64,000 nt of DNA from Pseudomonadota bacterium (GCA_027624715.1 JAQBTV010000001.1:203752-267751), one strand, 5' to 3'. Counted from the first letter of the stretch, positions 27,354 through 39,289 are shown. Notes: generated by a model not told the origin, from the sequence alone. Translations and numbers: made by a program.

Positions 27354-28628
27354 ATGGAAGACATTTCCATTCAAACACTCATCATTTTATTTTTGATTCT
27401 CATCGTTGTTTCGGCATTCTTCTCAATATCCGAGATAAGCATGATGGCGCTAAACAAATACCAACTAAGACACCTCGCCAAAAACAAACATCGGGGCGCA
27501 AAAAGAACCCTCAATCTCTTAAGCCAAACTGATCGATTATTAGGCTCAATTCTGCTAGGGAATAATCTAGCCAATACAGCAGCAGCCGCTTCAGTTACCG
27601 CTATCACTTTTAAGCTACTCGGAGAAAGTGAATTATCGTTAACCATTGCAACTCTCATTGTCACATTTGTATTGCTCATCTTTGCCGAAATTACCCCAAA
27701 AATCATTGGGGCCAGCTTCCCAGAAAAAATTGCTTTCCCGGCTAGTTATATTCTGGAACCTCTAATGCGATTAATGCATCCCTTTGTATCGGTCGCCAAC
27801 AGCATTGTGAGGGTGATTTTTTGGGCTCTACGCATCAAGCCCGTATCAGGAGGCCAAGCATCACAATTAAGCCAAGAGGAGCTACGCACACTTATCCTAG
27901 AGGGCGGCAACTACTTACCCCAAAAACATCAAAGCATGCTCGCTAATTTGTTCGATTTACAAGCCATAACAGTTGAAGACCTGATGGTTCCCAGGAACAA
28001 AATTGAGGCTATAAACTTAGCCGCACAAATCACTGACATTCAGACAGAAATCATTACTGCTAATCACACCCGTTTGCCAGTTTTTAGAGAAAATCCTGAC
28101 GAAATTATTGGCATCATTCATATTCGTAAATTATTAAACGTATCTGAAGATAATCAAGTCACCATGGAGTCTATTGAACAAGTCATGAAGGCGCCTTACT
28201 ACATCCCAAAAGATACGAATCTGCTTACTCAACTTCAAAACTTTCAGGAATGTCATGAAAGAATGGCCTACGTTGTAGACGAGTATGGGAACTTAATGGG
28301 GTTGATTACAATTGAGGATATCATCGAAGAAATCGTAGGTGAGTTCACCACACGATCCCCTTTATCCACAACATCAGCTAAAAAAATGATGGATGGTAGT
28401 TTAATAATAGATGGAGCTGTGACACTTCGCGACTTAAATCGAGACTTTAATTTAAATTTTCCAATCGACGGAGCGAAAACATTGAATGGCCTAATACTAG
28501 ACCACCTCCAGCAAATACCCGAAACTGGAATTTCAATTCAAATCTCGGGCCACAATTTGGAGATCCTGCAAACGAAAGATAAGTTTATCAAATCGGTAAA
28601 ACTTGTATCAAGCAAAGCAGTAGATTAA
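27354..28628 (+). CDS. yfjD: HlyC/CorC-family transporter-associated protein (DUF21 + CBS pair + CorC_HlyC domain), YfjD-like
   Basis: 424 aa. It has N-terminal TM helices (DUF21), a CBS region (VEDLMVPRNKIEAI..., MAYVVDEYGNLMGLITIEDIIEEIVGE) and a C-terminal transporter-associated domain. Confidence 0.85.
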   Translation: MEDISIQTLIILFLILIVVSAFFSISEISMMALNKYQLRHLAKNKHRGAKRTLNLLSQTDRLLGSILLGNNLANTAAAASVTAITFKLLGESELSLTIATLIVTFVLLIFAEITPKIIGASFPEKIAFPASYILEPLMRLMHPFVSVANSIVRVIFWALRIKPVSGGQASQLSQEELRTLILEGGNYLPQKHQSMLANLFDLQAITVEDLMVPRNKIEAINLAAQITDIQTEIITANHTRLPVFRENPDEIIGIIHIRKLLNVSEDNQVTMESIEQVMKAPYYIPKDTNLLTQLQNFQECHERMAYVVDEYGNLMGLITIEDIIEEIVGEFTTRSPLSTTSAKKMMDGSLIIDGAVTLRDLNRDFNLNFPIDGAKTLNGLILDHLQQIPETGISIQISGHNLEILQTKDKFIKSVKLVSSKAVD

Positions 28629-29242
28629 TGCTTGAACGGCTAATCATCGGACTAACGGGTGGAATTGGCTCTGGAAAAAGTGCTGTATCAGATGGCTTCG
28701 AGCGTTTGGGTATCGAGGTCATAGACACCGACAAAATATCCCACCAACTGACTATGACTGACACGGACGCTCTGCAGACCATTGCAGATCATTTCGGTGC
28801 CAATATCATCCAAGACAGAGTGCTCAATAGAAAAAAACTTAGGGAGATTATTTTTAGTGATAAAGCTGCACGATCGCATTTAGAACAAATTCTTCACCCC
28901 AGAATCCGACAAAAGGTCGAAGGCGCTCTTTCCAAAGCTAGTGGGCCATACATCATTATAGTGGTGCCGTTGCTTGTTGAAAAAGGTCAATATACCTTCA
29001 TCAATCGTGTTTTGGTCGTGGATTGTGAAGAGTCGGTTCAGATTGAACGGGTTAAGAAACGAAGTAGCCTGACTGACGTTGAGGTTAATACCATCATACG
29101 CACTCAGGCAACTCGACAAGCAAGGTTAGCATTAGCGGATGACATCATCACTAACAACGATGACCTATCTTCGCTCCTCAAACAAGTTCAAGTCATGCAT
29201 GAAAAATATATTCAACTTTCATCGGGATCAGGAAGTAGTTGA
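28628..29242 (+). CDS. coaE: dephospho-CoA kinase
   Basis: 204 aa. [14 protein letters not shown] is the P-loop, and the length is typical. The start overlaps the upstream stop. Confidence 0.93.
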   Translation: MLERLIIGLTGGIGSGKSAVSDGFERLGIEVIDTDKISHQLTMTDTDALQTIADHFGANIIQDRVLNRKKLREIIFSDKAARSHLEQILHPRIRQKVEGALSKASGPYIIIVVPLLVEKGQYTFINRVLVVDCEESVQIERVKKRSSLTDVEVNTIIRTQATRQARLALADDIITNNDDLSSLLKQVQVMHEKYIQLSSGSGSS

Positions 29243-29258
29243 GATTAGAGAAATATAT

Positions 29259-29441
29259 ATGGAGATGAAAAAAACTATAGTTAATTGTCCGCACTGTGGC
29301 AATTCGGTCATTTGGCAAAACGAATCACGGTTCCGTCCTTTTTGCTCGAAGCGATGTAAGCTGATTGACACTGGGAACTGGGCAATGGAGAAATATAGCG
29401 TTGCTGCAGAAGACAAACTAAGCAATGACGAATCCGATTGA
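29259..29441 (+). CDS. yacG: DNA gyrase inhibitor YacG (zinc finger)
   Basis: M(EM)[43 protein letters not shown] carries the CPxC...CSxRC zinc ribbon and the conserved W. The start is ATG 29259 or 29265. The longer track ORF from 29139 overlaps coaE. Confidence 0.88.
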   Translation: MEMKKTIVNCPHCGNSVIWQNESRFRPFCSKRCKLIDTGNWAMEKYSVAAEDKLSNDESD

Positions 29442-29445
29442 ATGA

Positions 29446-30378
29446 CTACCAAGCCCCTCGGACCATCGAAATGCCTGCGGCCCCATGAATCCAGGCGTTA
29501 TGTAGGTCCTCTTTGGACAACCCACCCAAAGCGTATATGGGTGTCTTTACCTCCTCAATCAAGGAATTTAAGAGATTCCACCCAATGGGCCTCACATGCG
29601 GGTGAGAAGCAGTAACTTTAATTGGGCTAAGTACAGCAAAATCAAGCCCTAAAGCATCTACCCGAACTAGATCTTCCTTCGAGTGACAAGAGGCTGCGCA
29701 CAAAGCGAATTGAGGACGATAAGTTATCGATTTTAGTTGTTCCGAATTCAAGTGAACGCCATCAGCACCGACTCTATCGGCGATATCAAAATGAGTATTA
29801 ACTAACACCTTACTTCCACTTGGGCGACAAACACTCAACACCTCTTTGGTGAAAGCCTCCAAATCAGCAGATGACAAACTTTTCTCGCGTACTTGAATTA
29901 ACTGAGGTGATTTTTGTACAGCCTGCAACAGAAGCTGGAAAAAATTTGCTTCACCCAATTCTGACAAATTAGTTATCAAGTAATAATCAGGCAAGCGAAG
30001 AGATTTTAAAATTGTAATGTTAGGGCCTAACACCGGTGTGACCCTGATTGAACCAGGTCCTTGCCAATGCAGATCCTGATCCTCTAGCGATCTGACTTCT
30101 CCCGACCAATGCGTGACTTTGAAAAACTCAATGTTTACATCTGCATGCGTATATCGGAATGTCTTTGTAATCCAGGGATGAAATGCCTTGGGAACAATTC
30201 CGAGCTCTTCCTTTAACTCCCGTATTAAAGCATCAGACGCTCGTTCGTTTTCTTCGACCTTACCTCCGGGAAATTCCCAAAACCCCTCATATACCTTACC
30301 CATCGGTCGTCGTGCCAGCAAAAAATGCCCATTAGCATCAAAGAGAATCCCCGCCACCACGTGGATCATCTTGCTCAC
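29446..30378 (-). CDS. Nudix hydrolase (MutT-like) fused to a thiamine-phosphate-synthase-like (TMP-TENI) domain
   Basis: 310 aa. The Nudix box is GGKVEENERASDALIRELKEELGI, and the C-terminal half is a ThiE-like barrel (GADGVHL..., ALGGL). Confidence 0.85.
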   Translation of the reverse strand: MSKMIHVVAGILFDANGHFLLARRPMGKVYEGFWEFPGGKVEENERASDALIRELKEELGIVPKAFHPWITKTFRYTHADVNIEFFKVTHWSGEVRSLEDQDLHWQGPGSIRVTPVLGPNITILKSLRLPDYYLITNLSELGEANFFQLLLQAVQKSPQLIQVREKSLSSADLEAFTKEVLSVCRPSGSKVLVNTHFDIADRVGADGVHLNSEQLKSITYRPQFALCAASCHSKEDLVRVDALGLDFAVLSPIKVTASHPHVRPIGWNLLNSLIEEVKTPIYALGGLSKEDLHNAWIHGAAGISMVRGAW

Positions 30379-31268
30379 CGAGTACGCTTGGATTTAATAT
30401 CTCGCAGTTTCCTAGCGCCAACTTCATTCTTCGCAAAATGATAAGCCACTCTACCACTCCGCGACCCGCGCTCTAGAGCCCACTGTAGAGATCGCCTAAT
30501 CACGCCCTCATCTACATCAAAAGCTCCCAAAGACAATTTTTTTATCCAATAACTGGCGATTGTTACATACTCGTCTTGAGTGAAAGCGTCGAAATGAACC
30601 CATAAACCGAAACGTTCTGAGAGCGATATTTTTTCTTCAACATTTTCGCCAGCGTGAATTTCTTCACCCTTATAGGTTGACTCCAAGTTTTCAGTCATAT
30701 ACTCAGGCAAAAGATGCCTGCGATTGGATGTCGCATAGATCAAAATATTTTCCGAACTAGTCGCAATCGATCCATCGAGTGCAACTTTAAGGGTTTTATA
30801 AGCGCCGTCATCAGCACTAAACGAAAGGTCATCACAAAAAATAACAAAACGATACGGCTGACTCGATATCAAATCAATAATTTGAGGTAACTCATACAAA
30901 TCAGCCTTATCTACCTCAATAAGCCTTAACGTTTTTTCTGAGTACTTATTGAGTAAGGCTTTAATCAACGAGGACTTACCTGTACCTTTTGAGCCAGTTA
31001 AAAGTACATTATTAGCGGGCAACCCGGCGAGAAACTGACGAGTATTCATGTCAACCAGTTTTATTTGCTCGTCGATCGCAGATAAGTCCCGCACGTTTAT
31101 ATGATCGGGAATGGCTACCGGCTGTAAAAATCCTCGCCCGCCATAACAACGCCAACGGCTCGCAACAACTTTTCTCCAATCTGGATTTTCCAGTCGTATG
31201 GGCAGGTACGACTCAATTCGATCAAGCAATGATTCTACCCGCTCCAACAACTTCGCCCAGTCAGCCAT
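30375..31268 (-). CDS. AAA-type ATPase, DUF815 family
   Basis: 297 aa. Walker A is LTGSKGTGKSS and Walker B is FVIFCDDLSF. It lies between argJ and the Nudix gene and overlaps both neighbours by 4 nt or less. Confidence 0.8.
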   Translation of the reverse strand: MADWAKLLERVESLLDRIESYLPIRLENPDWRKVVASRWRCYGGRGFLQPVAIPDHINVRDLSAIDEQIKLVDMNTRQFLAGLPANNVLLTGSKGTGKSSLIKALLNKYSEKTLRLIEVDKADLYELPQIIDLISSQPYRFVIFCDDLSFSADDGAYKTLKVALDGSIATSSENILIYATSNRRHLLPEYMTENLESTYKGEEIHAGENVEEKISLSERFGLWVHFDAFTQDEYVTIASYWIKKLSLGAFDVDEGVIRRSLQWALERGSRSGRVAYHFAKNEVGARKLRDIKSKRTR

Positions 31269-31270
31269 GC

Positions 31271-32500
31271 TTAGCTCCTGTATTCAGCGTTGATCTTAAT
31301 ATAGTCATGCGATAGATCACAGGTCCAAATAATTCCTGAATCTTTCCCACGACCCAAGCTTATCGTCACGACAATCTCATCTGACTCCATGAATGGCTTT
31401 ACGTCGACTTCTCGATAACTAGGCGCAGACTCACCATTCTTTGCAACCAGAACATCGCCAATCCACATATCAATTTTTGAAACGTCCAAATCCCTCACAC
31501 GGGCGGCACCAATGGCAGACATAATTCGTCCTAAATTGGCATCTGATGCATAAAAAGCTGTTTTGACTAATGGAGAATTAGCAACTGAAAATCCGACTTC
31601 ACGCGCTTCGGATATAGACTGGCAATCTTTCAATCTGATTTCTATAAATTTTGTTGCTCCTTCTCCATCGAGAACAATTTTTTTAGCTAGATCTTCACAA
31701 ACAGACGTGATTTCATCCCTAATTTTTACAAACGCAGGATTGTCTGCTGAGGTGATCTTAAGACCATCACAAGCACCTGTCGCGATCAACATAAAACTGT
31801 CATTTGTCGATGTATCTCCATCAACGCTAATACAATTAAATGTCCGGTCATTCGCATAACGCACGATTTCATCTAGACACTTATCTGACACATGCGCATC
31901 GGTTGCCACAAAAGCAAGCATGGTCGCCATATTAGGCTTGATCATGCCAGAGCCCTTAGCCATTCCTGTCACGTTGATTGATTGCTCCTCGATTTGAAAA
32001 CTTCTTGAAGATATTTTAGGCACCAAATCAGTCGTCAAAATACCTTGAGAGGCTTCTTCCCAACCCATCGTCATCTGGGTCTCCAAACATCTAGGCAATC
32101 CCGCAATTATTTTATCCACAGGCAATCGCTCCATGATCACCCCAGTCGAAAAAGGAAGGACTGAATCGGGGTCAACCTTTAGTAGCTGCGCTAACTCACG
32201 ACAAATATTTTTCGCATCCTCAATCCCGCCTGCCCCAGTCCCTGCGTTAGCAACTCCAGTATTAATTACCATCGCCTTGATTGGCTTGCCTTGAGACAAT
32301 CGTTGTCTACATACTTGGACTGGAGCTGCGCAAAAATTGTTTTGGGTAAATACTCCCGCAACGGTAGCGGTTTCTTTCAACAATAGCACCACCAAATCAA
32401 GACGGTCCTTCTTACGGATAGCCGCACTTGCTACGCCCAGAGTGAGCCCTTCGATAGCAAACACTTGACCGAAATTGTCCTTAGGTTGAATACTCGGCAC
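31271..32500 (-). CDS. argJ: bifunctional glutamate N-acetyltransferase / amino-acid acetyltransferase
   Basis: 409 aa. The autoprocessing site is KPNMATMLAFVATDA, and the C-terminal DLSHDYIKINAEYRS is present. Confidence 0.96.
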   Translation of the reverse strand: MPSIQPKDNFGQVFAIEGLTLGVASAAIRKKDRLDLVVLLLKETATVAGVFTQNNFCAAPVQVCRQRLSQGKPIKAMVINTGVANAGTGAGGIEDAKNICRELAQLLKVDPDSVLPFSTGVIMERLPVDKIIAGLPRCLETQMTMGWEEASQGILTTDLVPKISSRSFQIEEQSINVTGMAKGSGMIKPNMATMLAFVATDAHVSDKCLDEIVRYANDRTFNCISVDGDTSTNDSFMLIATGACDGLKITSADNPAFVKIRDEITSVCEDLAKKIVLDGEGATKFIEIRLKDCQSISEAREVGFSVANSPLVKTAFYASDANLGRIMSAIGAARVRDLDVSKIDMWIGDVLVAKNGESAPSYREVDVKPFMESDEIVVTISLGRGKDSGIIWTCDLSHDYIKINAEYRS

Positions 32501-32506
32501 GATCCA

Positions 32507-35182
32507 TTACCCTAGCTGTCCATGACAATGTTTATATTTTTTTCCGGAATCACAAGGACAAGGATCATTGCGTCCAACCTTCTGTTGTGACCTAACAAAC
32601 GTAGCAACCTTACTATTAACAGCTCGAGGCGGCTGATTCATTTCGCGCGTGGCCCCGTGGTTGTAAGCAACATCCGTTAATCTGGGTTGCTCTCCAGTAA
32701 TATTTTCGACCTCTTCTACGCTACGAATTCGAACACTCATCAGCAACTTAGTCACCTCATTCCGTACAGTTTGCAATAGTAATGAGAACAGCTCAAACGC
32801 TTCACGTTTGTATTCTTGTTTAGGGTTTTTCTGGGCATAGCCACGAAGATGAATGCCTTGTCGAAGGTGATCTAGAGCAGCAAGATGATCACGCCAATGG
32901 GAGTCAATACTTTGCAACATCACAGATCGCTCATATTGTTGAACCGCTTCAGTGGGAGCATCAGCCATCTTTTCATCGTAAAATTTTTGTGCTCGAGCCT
33001 TAACCTCGTCGACAAGGTCTTGCACTTCTAGCGCAGTTGCCCGATCCATTAAGTTACCTAAATCAGACTCAAGCGTATATTCAGCGCGCAACGCCGCCTC
33101 TAGTCCCGGTACATTCCACTGCTCTTCCAGACTACCTTGTGGGACAAAACTATCTACCAAATCCTCTATTGCTCCATCTCGCATACCAGCGACCATATCG
33201 ACTGTATCAATGGAATCTAGTAAAGCGTTCCTCTGCTCATAAATGACTTTTCGCTGCTCATTAGCAACATCATCAAACTCCAACAGTTGCTTCCTAATGT
33301 CAAAGTTTCTACCTTCAACTTTCCTTTGTGCGTTTTCGATCGCCTTAGTGACCCAAGGGTGCTCAATGGGCTCACCTTCAGGCAACTTCAATCGATCCAT
33401 GATAGCGGCCACCCTGTCAGACGCAAATATCCTAAGAAGTGAATCTTCTAATGACAAATAAAACCGAGACGAACCTGCATCTCCCTGCCTACCTGAGCGT
33501 CCTCTTAACTGATTATCAATTCTTCGAGATTCATGCCGTTCTGTTCCAATGATATGAAGGCCACCAAGCGACAATACTTTGTCATGTCTCTCTTGCCATT
33601 CGCCATCTTGGTCGACATCGGTGGGCATTCCACCAAGCACAATATCCGTTCCACGACCAGCCATATTAGTCGCTATCGTGATCATTTTAGGACGACCAGC
33701 TTGAGCCACGACCTCTGCCTCTCGATCGTGCTGTTTCGCATTTAAAACCTGATGAGACAACCCTTCTTGATCCAATAAAGTGGAAATGAGCTCAGAGTTT
33801 TCTATCGAGGTTGTCCCTACGAGTACAGGTTGTCCGCGAGAATAACAATCTTTAATGTCATTCAAGACGGCGGTATACCGCTCCTTACTTGTCTTATAGA
33901 TCTGATCCATCTTGTCTTCACGGATCATATCCCGATGAGTCGGGATGATGACCGTCTCAAGACCATATATTTGCTGAAACTCAAAGGCCTCCGTATCCGC
34001 AGTACCCGTCATCCCCGCCAACTTATCGTACATACGGAAGTAATTTTGAAAAGTTATCGAAGCGAGAGTCTGATTTTCCTTTTGAATATTAACTCCCTCT
34101 TTTGCCTCAACAGCCTGATGTAGCCCATCAGACCAACGTCTCCCCGCCATTAAACGACCGGTGAACTCGTCAACAATAACAATTTCCTGATTTTGAACAA
34201 CATAATGCTGATTATTAAAAAATAAGTTATGCGCCCGTAGCGCAGCATATACATGATGAATTAAAGAAATATTTGATGGGTCATAGAGGCTTCCTTCATT
34301 GGTCAGCAGCCCTCCAGAAAGTAAAAATTTCTCAGCATTTTCATACCCTCGTTCGGTCAATACAACCTGATTAGATTTCTCGTCAACAGTAAAGTCTCCA
34401 TCCTCTTCCTCCCCCTCTTGTGCGACTTTTTCGACTTTTTTTAACTTTGATGCGATTGAGTTTACTTTAAGATAGAGCTCTCTATTGTCATCAGCTTGGC
34501 CTGAAATAATCAGCGGTGTTCGCGCCTCATCAATCAATATCGAATCGACTTCGTCAACAATGGCGAACGACAAGTCCCTCTGAACTTTATCCGTCTTTTT
34601 AAAGACCATATTGTCTCGAAGGTAATCAAAGCCAAATTCGTTATTCGTACCGTAAGTTATATCTGCCGCATAGGCTAACTGTTTCTGCTCATGGTCCTGA
34701 CCTGATAGATTAACGCCAACTGTCATACCGAGAAATTCAAAAACCTTACCCATCCAGCTGGCATCTCGATTAGCCAAATAATCATTAACAGTAATCACAT
34801 GAACGGGCGAACCTGATAAGGCATTAAGATAGGCCGGTAACGTTGCTACTAATGTTTTGCCCTCACCAGTGCGCATTTCAGATATTTTCCCCTGATGAAG
34901 TGCTATTCCACCTAAGAGCTGAGCATCGAAGTGCCTCAATTCCAAAACACGCTTACTTGCCTCTCTAACAACAGCAAATGCATCAGGCAAAATGTCATCT
35001 AAGACTTCTCCCGAATCCAGACGCCGCTTAAACTCAAGCGTCTTGCTTTTGAGTTCCTCGTCAGAAAGAGCGGCCAACTCATCCTCAATTTCGTTTATCC
35101 GCCGAATTGTCTTTTGGTAAGTCTTCAATAATCGGTCGTTACGGCTACCGAATATCTTTTTGAGCACTTTAGAAATCATCAA
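32507..35182 (-). CDS. secA: preprotein translocase ATPase SecA
   Basis: 891 aa. [42 protein letters not shown] and the C-terminal zinc motif [14 protein letters not shown] are present. Confidence 0.99.
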   Translation of the reverse strand: MMISKVLKKIFGSRNDRLLKTYQKTIRRINEIEDELAALSDEELKSKTLEFKRRLDSGEVLDDILPDAFAVVREASKRVLELRHFDAQLLGGIALHQGKISEMRTGEGKTLVATLPAYLNALSGSPVHVITVNDYLANRDASWMGKVFEFLGMTVGVNLSGQDHEQKQLAYAADITYGTNNEFGFDYLRDNMVFKKTDKVQRDLSFAIVDEVDSILIDEARTPLIISGQADDNRELYLKVNSIASKLKKVEKVAQEGEEEDGDFTVDEKSNQVVLTERGYENAEKFLLSGGLLTNEGSLYDPSNISLIHHVYAALRAHNLFFNNQHYVVQNQEIVIVDEFTGRLMAGRRWSDGLHQAVEAKEGVNIQKENQTLASITFQNYFRMYDKLAGMTGTADTEAFEFQQIYGLETVIIPTHRDMIREDKMDQIYKTSKERYTAVLNDIKDCYSRGQPVLVGTTSIENSELISTLLDQEGLSHQVLNAKQHDREAEVVAQAGRPKMITIATNMAGRGTDIVLGGMPTDVDQDGEWQERHDKVLSLGGLHIIGTERHESRRIDNQLRGRSGRQGDAGSSRFYLSLEDSLLRIFASDRVAAIMDRLKLPEGEPIEHPWVTKAIENAQRKVEGRNFDIRKQLLEFDDVANEQRKVIYEQRNALLDSIDTVDMVAGMRDGAIEDLVDSFVPQGSLEEQWNVPGLEAALRAEYTLESDLGNLMDRATALEVQDLVDEVKARAQKFYDEKMADAPTEAVQQYERSVMLQSIDSHWRDHLAALDHLRQGIHLRGYAQKNPKQEYKREAFELFSLLLQTVRNEVTKLLMSVRIRSVEEVENITGEQPRLTDVAYNHGATREMNQPPRAVNSKVATFVRSQQKVGRNDPCPCDSGKKYKHCHGQLG

Positions 35183-35326
35183 AGTCGCCTTAGCGAAATA
35201 GTTTACTTAAACCTGTTAGTCTAACACGTGGTGCGGTATAACAATTAGATTCAAAGGATTTTAATCGGTCAAGGCTAACCTTACATATTGAACTTAATTG
35301 GCATTAAAAATTAATCCTGCAAGACA

Positions 35327-35728
35327 TTGTTTATGCCAAAAAATACGAATATTGCCAATATTATTAAAAACCATTCAGACCTGACGCGCCTGCAGCGTCA
35401 AATCGACACCATGGAAATCGTGCGAGCAGAGATTGGAGTAATTCTCCCCAAAAATATTCAAAATAAAGTGGAGATTGTTTTAGCCACACCAAAAACATTA
35501 ACTATTTTTACTGGTACCCAGATCATTGGTGCGAAAATCAGGCAAATGTCACCTACGGTACTCCACCACATTCAGAATAAGAAAGGATGTGAAATGGTTG
35601 AGACAATTGAGATTAAAGTGACGCCTAACGCAAGCTCTATGCCTAAAGGGAAACGAAAGACGTTAAATCACACGCAGAGTACCTTGGGATTCATTGACGA
35701 GATGAGGAAAAAATTACTTAAATTGTAG
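35327..35728 (+). CDS. DUF721 (DciA-like) protein
   Basis: 133 aa. It sits in the conserved position between secA and lpxC. The central pattern (KTLTIFTGTQIIGAKIRQMSPTVLHHIQ...IEIKVTP) resembles DUF721. The assignment rests mainly on synteny. Confidence 0.5.
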   Translation: MFMPKNTNIANIIKNHSDLTRLQRQIDTMEIVRAEIGVILPKNIQNKVEIVLATPKTLTIFTGTQIIGAKIRQMSPTVLHHIQNKKGCEMVETIEIKVTPNASSMPKGKRKTLNHTQSTLGFIDEMRKKLLKL

Positions 35729-36640
35729 TCAGGCCCCCTGTAAGTTGGAGTGCAAAAATCCCGGTAGATTATCTTTTTGTAGAAATTCGACTTGCTCCCA
35801 AGCAGACTCATTCTCTACTAACTTACGCAGTAACTTATTGTTCAACTCATGACCAGATTTATGAGCTGAAAACGCACCAATTAAAGGCCTCCCCAGCAAA
35901 TATAGATCGCCAATAGCATCAAGTGCTTTATGCTTAACGAACTCATCGTCATACCTCAACCCATCTGCGTTCAGTATTCGATATTTATCCATCACAATAG
36001 CGTTTTCAAAACTTCCGCCGAGTGCCAATCCCTGGGAACGCAACATTTCAACATCCTGCGTGAATCCAAAAGTTCTCGCACGGCTGATTTCTTTCACATA
36101 CGAAGTAGTTTGGAAGTCCAATGAAACTGATCTATTTTTATCAGCAAATGCTGGGTGCTTAAAATCAATAGTGAAATCAATTTTGAATCCATTATATGGC
36201 GAAAAAGAAACCCACTTATCACCGTCATCAACACGAATATCACTCTTAATGCGGATGAATCTCTTCAGTGCTGACTGTTGCTCAATTCCCGCTGATTGAA
36301 TCAAGAAAACAAAAGGTGATGCGGATCCATCCATGATAGGGACTTCAGCCGCGGTTAAATCAACATATACGTTATCGATTCCCAAGCCACACAATGCGGA
36401 CATCAAGTGCTCTACAGTTTGAACTTTAACCCCTTGATACTCGAGGCATGAGGAAAGACGGGTATCGACCACGAAAAATGGATCTGCCTTAATGTCTACA
36501 ACTGGGTTTAGATCGATGCGCCTGAACACAACGCCTGTATTTGGCGCAGCTGAACGGAGCGTGAGCGTAACCGTTTTCCCCGTATGTAAACCGATACCCG
36601 TGGCTTTAACTAAATTCTTTAAAGTGCGTTGATAGATCAT
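35729..36640 (-). CDS. lpxC: UDP-3-O-acyl-N-acetylglucosamine deacetylase
   Basis: 303 aa. [31 protein letters not shown] and [12 protein letters not shown] are present. Confidence 0.98.
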   Translation of the reverse strand: MIYQRTLKNLVKATGIGLHTGKTVTLTLRSAAPNTGVVFRRIDLNPVVDIKADPFFVVDTRLSSCLEYQGVKVQTVEHLMSALCGLGIDNVYVDLTAAEVPIMDGSASPFVFLIQSAGIEQQSALKRFIRIKSDIRVDDGDKWVSFSPYNGFKIDFTIDFKHPAFADKNRSVSLDFQTTSYVKEISRARTFGFTQDVEMLRSQGLALGGSFENAIVMDKYRILNADGLRYDDEFVKHKALDAIGDLYLLGRPLIGAFSAHKSGHELNNKLLRKLVENESAWEQVEFLQKDNLPGFLHSNLQGA

Positions 36641-36794
36641 CTTCGGTTAGTAAGTTTAATCAATACAAGCTCAAAAAAGACAGATGACATTGTTAGGCTT
36701 GCGGACGAATTCTAAGTTCTAATCTTTTGACCATGATATCAAAAATTCAGGCAAATCCATTGTAAGCACCCAGATGACCTTAATCTCGAATACT

Positions 36795-37949
36795 TCAATC
36801 GGCTTGATGGCGCAAAAAAGCCGGTATGTCCAAATCTTCAACCCCAGTCTGTCGCAGCGCAGTTACAGCCGCTTGACGTCCTCTTCTTCTAATTACTGCT
36901 GGCGTATCTGGATCTTCACGCATCACATCTTCTAAAACGTCATTATACGTGCCGTTTCTTACCAAAGAAACGGGCATAACCCTTGCCCTGCTTTCACCAC
37001 CACCAATTCCAGTAGCCACAATCGTGACTCGTAAATCATTATCTAAACCTTCATCAATAACCGTGCCAACAATAATGGTCGCATCCTCAGCGGTAAATTT
37101 TCTAATCGTTGCCATGACCTCGTTAACTTCCTTCATCTTCAGATTCTTACCAGAAGTGATGTTAACCAGGACACCTCTCGCACCATGCAGATCGACACCC
37201 TCTAATAAGGGGCTTGCAACAGCACCTTCCGCAGCTCTTTTTGCTCGATCATCCCCAGAAGCCATATGCGACCCCATCATGGCCATACCCATCTCCGACA
37301 TAACAGTTTTCACATCAGCGAAGTCAACATTCACTAACCCTGGGCACTTTATGACCTCAGCAATACCAGATACAGCACCGTATAACACGTCATTGGCCGC
37401 TTCAAATGCATCTAACAACGACACATCGTCCCCAAGTACGGCCATCAATCTATCATTGGGAATGACAATTAAAGAATCCACATATTTCGTTAGCTCTGCT
37501 AATCCCTCAGATGCTATTTTTTCGCGCTTACCTTCGAAGGCAAACGGTTTAGTCACTACCGCTACCGTTAAGATACCTAACTCCTTAGCGACTTGAGCAA
37601 AGATTGGAGCGGCTCCGGTGCCAGTCCCCCCACCCATGCCAGCAGTCAGGAACACCATATCAGCACCGTCAATTAATTCTGCGATTGCCTCGCGATCCTC
37701 TAAGGCTGCTTGCCGCCCAACCTCTGGATTTGCCCCAGCCCCTAAACCTTTAGTGATTTGAGTTCCCAACTGAACTGTACGTTCAGATTTGTTGCGAGAT
37801 AGCGCCTGTGCATCAGTATTTGCAGAAATAAATTCAACACCGTCAACACCCCTTTTTATCATATGGTCTACAGCATTACCGCCGCAGCCGCCAACTCCGA
37901 TAACTTTTATAACCGCCTCTTGCGATTGGCTATCTAGGATCTCGAACAT
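36795..37949 (-). CDS. ftsZ: cell division GTPase FtsZ
   Basis: 384 aa. GVGGCGGNAV, the tubulin signature GGGTGTGAAP and the C-terminal DIPAFLRHQAD are present. Confidence 0.99.
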   Translation of the reverse strand: MFEILDSQSQEAVIKVIGVGGCGGNAVDHMIKRGVDGVEFISANTDAQALSRNKSERTVQLGTQITKGLGAGANPEVGRQAALEDREAIAELIDGADMVFLTAGMGGGTGTGAAPIFAQVAKELGILTVAVVTKPFAFEGKREKIASEGLAELTKYVDSLIVIPNDRLMAVLGDDVSLLDAFEAANDVLYGAVSGIAEVIKCPGLVNVDFADVKTVMSEMGMAMMGSHMASGDDRAKRAAEGAVASPLLEGVDLHGARGVLVNITSGKNLKMKEVNEVMATIRKFTAEDATIIVGTVIDEGLDNDLRVTIVATGIGGGESRARVMPVSLVRNGTYNDVLEDVMREDPDTPAVIRRRGRQAAVTALRQTGVEDLDIPAFLRHQAD

Positions 37950-38020
37950 ATGGACAACTCCTCAGTCTTAATTCGTGTCGTTAGTGTACCAATTACTTCT
38001 TTCTTAAACTAGTTACATCA

Positions 38021-39289
38021 TCAAAAATTTGTCTCAAACCAGCGTTTCGTTTTAGATACTAACGCTTTCACTGCGCCGTTCTTCATTTGATCTATCTTTT
38101 GTTTCTCTGTATAAAAAACTCCAGCCCTTAAAAGGCCCGCAGACGTCGAATAACGTGGGTTACGAATAACCTCCGCCAAAGAGCCAGTGTAAGTCGGCGC
38201 GCCAAGCCGAACAGGCATGTGGAGAACCTCTTCGCCGAGCTCCACCATCCCTTCCATCCCGCTGCTACCTCCGGTAATTACAATCCCAGAAGACAAGAGT
38301 TCTCCCAAGCCACTCTTACTAATTTCCGCCAAAACCAAGCTATATAATTCCTCCACCCGAGGCTCGATAACCTCAGAAAGCATTTGTCGCGATAGCCTCT
38401 TTGGAGGACGATCACCCACTCTAGGCACCTCGATGGTCTCGCTTGAATCTGCGAGTCCACGCAGAGCGCATCCATAACGTCGCTTAATATCCTCCGCTTC
38501 CTTAGTCGGCGTTCGAAAAGCCATCGCAATATCGCTCGTTACTTGGTCGCCAGCGATTGGAATAACCGCTGTATGCCGAATCGCTCCTTGCGTAAAAATT
38601 GCTATATCACTTGTCCCGCCCCCAATATCAATGAGACAAACGCCTAAGTCTTTCTCATCCTCAGACAGCACCGCCATGGCGGATGCTAAGGGCTGCAAAA
38701 TTAATTCACCGACTTCCAAGCCGCATCGGCGTATACACTTAAGAATATTTTGCGCGGCCGATACCGCTCCCGTCACAATATGCACCTTTACTTCTAAGCG
38801 CATACCAGACATAGCTAAAGGTTCTCGAACATCTTCTTGGCCATCAATAGCAAACTCTTGGTTAAGGACATGGAGAATTTGTTGATCCGAGGGTATTGGA
38901 ATCGCCCGAGCAGTTTCTAAAACTCGATCAATATCAACTTGAGTCACTTCATCACCCTGAATTGCAACCATGCCGTGAGAGTTAAAACTTTTAATATGGC
39001 CACCAGCAATTCCCGTCCAAACCTGTTTGATTTTTCGGTCAGCCATCAGCTCTGCCTCTTCAACCGCACGCTGAATTGCATTCACCGTAGACTCTATATT
39101 GACAACAACGCCTTTTTTCATCCCTTGAGACGTAGAGCTCCCAAGTCCAATGATCTCGTATTGGCCATCTTCCCTAAGCTCAGCAACAACCGCGGCTATC
39201 TTCGACGTACCAATATCTAGAGCAACAATAATGTCAGCGTATTGAGGTTTAGCCTTAGCTCCGTTTATCGCCCAATCAATATTTTTCAT
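38021..39289 (-). CDS. ftsA: cell division protein FtsA
   Basis: 422 aa. It has the actin-like fold motifs ALDIGTSKI, DIGGGTSDIA and ITGGSS. Confidence 0.97.
   Translation of the reverse strand: MKNIDWAINGAKAKPQYADIIVALDIGTSKIAAVVAELREDGQYEIIGLGSSTSQGMKKGVVVNIESTVNAIQRAVEEAELMADRKIKQVWTGIAGGHIKSFNSHGMVAIQGDEVTQVDIDRVLETARAIPIPSDQQILHVLNQEFAIDGQEDVREPLAMSGMRLEVKVHIVTGAVSAAQNILKCIRRCGLEVGELILQPLASAMAVLSEDEKDLGVCLIDIGGGTSDIAIFTQGAIRHTAVIPIAGDQVTSDIAMAFRTPTKEAEDIKRRYGCALRGLADSSETIEVPRVGDRPPKRLSRQMLSEVIEPRVEELYSLVLAEISKSGLGELLSSGIVITGGSSGMEGMVELGEEVLHMPVRLGAPTYTGSLAEVIRNPRYSTSAGLLRAGVFYTEKQKIDQMKNGAVKALVSKTKRWFETNF

Noticed and set aside
36949-37596. 215-aa plus-strand ORF, plus similar long antisense ORFs at 1980-2420, 43888-44322, 46370-46867 and 58418-58891
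   Set aside because: Each lies entirely antisense to a strongly conserved gene (ftsZ, the vWA protein gene, murG, murD, hldC). Their products are low-complexity (Ser/Thr/Pro/Ala-rich) with no RBS. They are typical shadow ORFs.
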